From the NCBI GenBank assembly GCA_964016885.1, contig OZ024753.1, positions 19,840,001 through 19,904,000 on the forward strand: DNA of 64,000 nucleotides, written 5' to 3'. The stretch is from Eledone cirrhosa (lineage: Eukaryota). Position numbers and translations under genes: made by a program. Shown here in pieces: positions 61,410 through 64,000 of the stretch. The stretch's first letter is position 1. Each line of letters starts with the position of its first letter. The notes under the pieces are model-generated. The model had not been told where the DNA came from, ran no database searches, and saw only the letters and a program-made list of their open reading frames with translations.

Positions 61410-61570
61410 GTTGAGAGGGTCGTGGAGGTAGAGGCCCCAAACACTCCTTCCAGCGAGTCCAGTTTGCTACACCCCCGAGCAAGATGGCTGGATAACATAT
61501 ATGACCTCGGCTGGTCTGGCTTGGGGATTTCAGCTTTATAAGTTGGAGAGGATTGCTTCTGAGCGAACAT
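61410..61570 (+). mobile_element. Probable RTE/Expander-like 3' remnant (relative at ~55900-56026)
   Basis: PRARWLDNIYDLGWSGLGI resembles the RTE C-terminal motif RPRTRWRD..LAWERLGI. Confidence 0.45.
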
Positions 61571-63371
61571 TCTTCCAGCGTGTCACGTGTCTCAATATTC
61601 TGTATTTCGTTTGAGAAAAATAAATACAAAGTCCCGTAACTCCTGAAGAAATCGTAGGGTCACGGTATTGACATTCGGCGTTTCTATGTCATTTTAAAAC
61701 ATGGTGGAGTCCAATCATTACCAGGACCGAATATTGGAAATGTCTTCCATAGAAGAGAAGTTAGAGTAAGAGTGGAGGTAATAAAGAGATATAGAGGAAG
61801 AATCGACCCCCAGTAGTAAACTGGTACGTTTTTTATCGACTTCGAATGGATAAAAAGCAAAGTTGACCACGATAGGATTTGAACTCAGAGAGAAGAGAAC
61901 AGAAAAAAATACTGCAAGGCACTCTCTCCGACGTTCTAACGAATCTGCTAATTCGCTGCCTATCTTTTAGTGTTTCACTACAAAATGTATTGCAGTCATT
62001 TGGCAGCATTAGATAGTATTGCCATATATAAGAAAATGTCGTGAGATTTAGTCAATATATTATTTTGTTTTTGCGGAGAGAGGTTTATTTTTCAACATGG
62101 CATGGAAGAATTTGTGTTATTTTTAGAGATATTCATGTAGATATCATCTGTGATAATCTGCCGTTTAACTCGTGGATCTATGGTCTCAATTTGTTGGGTG
62201 ACTCGAATGAAAGGGACCTCCGTCAGTTTCGACGGTAAGTTCCCCAAATATTTGATCAACCAAAACGTTTCCTCGTGAGATTAGTAAGTTATTTATTTAC
62301 GCAAGTTAAACGCCCGTATAGAGCTAAAAAGCCACGGAAGTCTATGCGAAGTATCGAGGATTTCCTGCAGTCGGTAATCAAAAAGATCTAGTGAAAAAAA
62401 TTAATGTCTGTGTGTATGTGTATGTGTGTGTGTATGTGCATGTGTTTGTGTATGTGTGTGTGTGTGCATGTGCATGTGTGTGTGTGTGTATGTGTGTGTG
62501 TATGTGTGTGTATGTGTGTGCATTTATGTGCGTGTGTGGGTGTGTGTTTATGTGTCTGTGTATGTGTGTATGTGTGTGTGTATGTGTGTGTATGTGTGTA
62601 TGTGTGTATGTGTGTGTATGTGTGTCATTGTGTGTGTGTCTATGCGTGTATGTGTGTGTGTATGTGTGTGTGTATGTGTGTGTGGTGTGTGTGTATATGT
62701 ATGTGTGTATATGGGTGTGTATGTGTGTGTGTGTGTGACTATTTATTCAGGAAATATTAAGGTACAACAGTACATGTGTGTTTAATGTTTAATATATGGT
62801 AAGATATTGTACAATGTCCATTTGTTTCAATTTAGCTATTTATTCCACCCTATATATGTATAAACCCTTATGCAACACACATATATATATAACCCTTATG
62901 CAACACACATATCTGTATAAACCCTTATACAACACACATCTGCATAAATGGTTTCTAGTTGGCAAAGAAAATCGAATAATAATTCTTATAAATAATAATT
63001 CTTATAAATAATTCATATATGTCAGTTTTTCCAATGGAGACGGTTTATAATGATGAAGAAAACTGCCGACTGAATATTCTGTAGATTTTTGGACTTGGAG
63101 CAATAACAAGTGCTGACCCTGTCCCCTCCCCCTCACAAAAAAAGAAAGAGACCCTGAGATAGGGAAGGTGATTCAATGGCTCTGATTTAAATATTCATGT
63201 ATGAAATCAAAAGATTTCATACAGTATCAATATTAATAATATTAGCAATTATTTGGCAATGTTGTATAATCTAATAATTACTATGTTAACTTGAGAATTA
63301 TTCATTTTAAGATCCTTACATTTATTATAGAAATATTTAGCATAATTATGTAAATTATGTCCCAGTACCGC

Positions 63372-63690
63372 CCTATATCACTCCGCCATATATCACTACA
63401 TCGTATATCACTCCGCCGCACGTCACTACGGCATATATAACGACGTCTTACATCACTCCGCCGTACATCACTCCGCCGTATATCACTCTGTCGTATATCA
63501 CTACGCCGTATATCACTCCGCCGTACGTCACTACGTCATATATAACTACGCCATATATCACTACGCCACATATCACTACGCCATATATCACTCCGCCATA
63601 TATCACTCCGCCGTACGTCACTACTCCGTATCTCACTACGCTATACGTCACTACACCATACGCCATTACGCCATACGTCACTATACCGCA
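63372..63690 (+). repeat. 15-bp minisatellite (tatcactccgccata / cgtcactacgccata)
   Basis: Direct reading. Confidence 0.95.
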
Positions 63691-63924
63691 AAGTATTCTA
63701 TCCGACGTTCTAACGTCTCTGACAATTGCCTACTTACAATCCAACGTTAAAATATCTCCCACAGAACAGTGATCCAATCAACTAGAGGCAGGTATTAACT
63801 GACCTTCTGTCGTATTTAGACATCAATGCTTATATGTTGGCGCAAATGAAATAATTGAAAGGCTCGCTCATGTATTGTATAGTGCGAGGGTGGGTTGACT
63901 GCAATTGTTTTTTGCCAGAAAATA

Positions 63925-64000
63925 CCGTATTTCCCGGCGTAGAAGATACTTTTTTCCTCAAATAAGTCTCAAAAGTCTACCCTGCGTCCTGAAGGCCAAA
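63925..64000 (+). mobile_element. Possible left end of a Tc2/pogo-like MITE
   Basis: TA|CCGTATTTCCCGGCGT resembles Tc2-type TIRs; the other end lies outside the window. Confidence 0.35.

Overview
AT-rich, microsatellite-dense eukaryotic DNA with no host gene I can recognise. It is probably cephalopod/octopus-like, inferred only from the SINE type and repeat landscape. Most short ORFs in the track are (TA)n/(CA)n/(CATA)n translation artefacts. Real content: one intact R4/Dong-clade RT+RLE retrotransposon ORF (57525-60917, minus) between (TAA)n tracts; decayed R4-like LINEs, one inside a ~2 kb near-perfect inverted duplication; several Penelope-like elements (Naiad-type and Neptune-type RT/GIY-YIG); RTE fragments and bipartite non-autonomous RTE derivatives with a 5' HDV-like ribozyme fold; tRNA-derived SINEs; and a non-autonomous Helitron. 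The most striking signal is more than 20 type-I hammerhead ribozyme motifs from many unrelated families. Many lie in non-coding 320-560 bp head-to-tail monomers with an inverted copy, flanked by (TA)n (retrozyme/pLTR-like), and several carry non-canonical cores supported by covariation between copies. All structures were folded by eye; coordinates may be off by a few bases.
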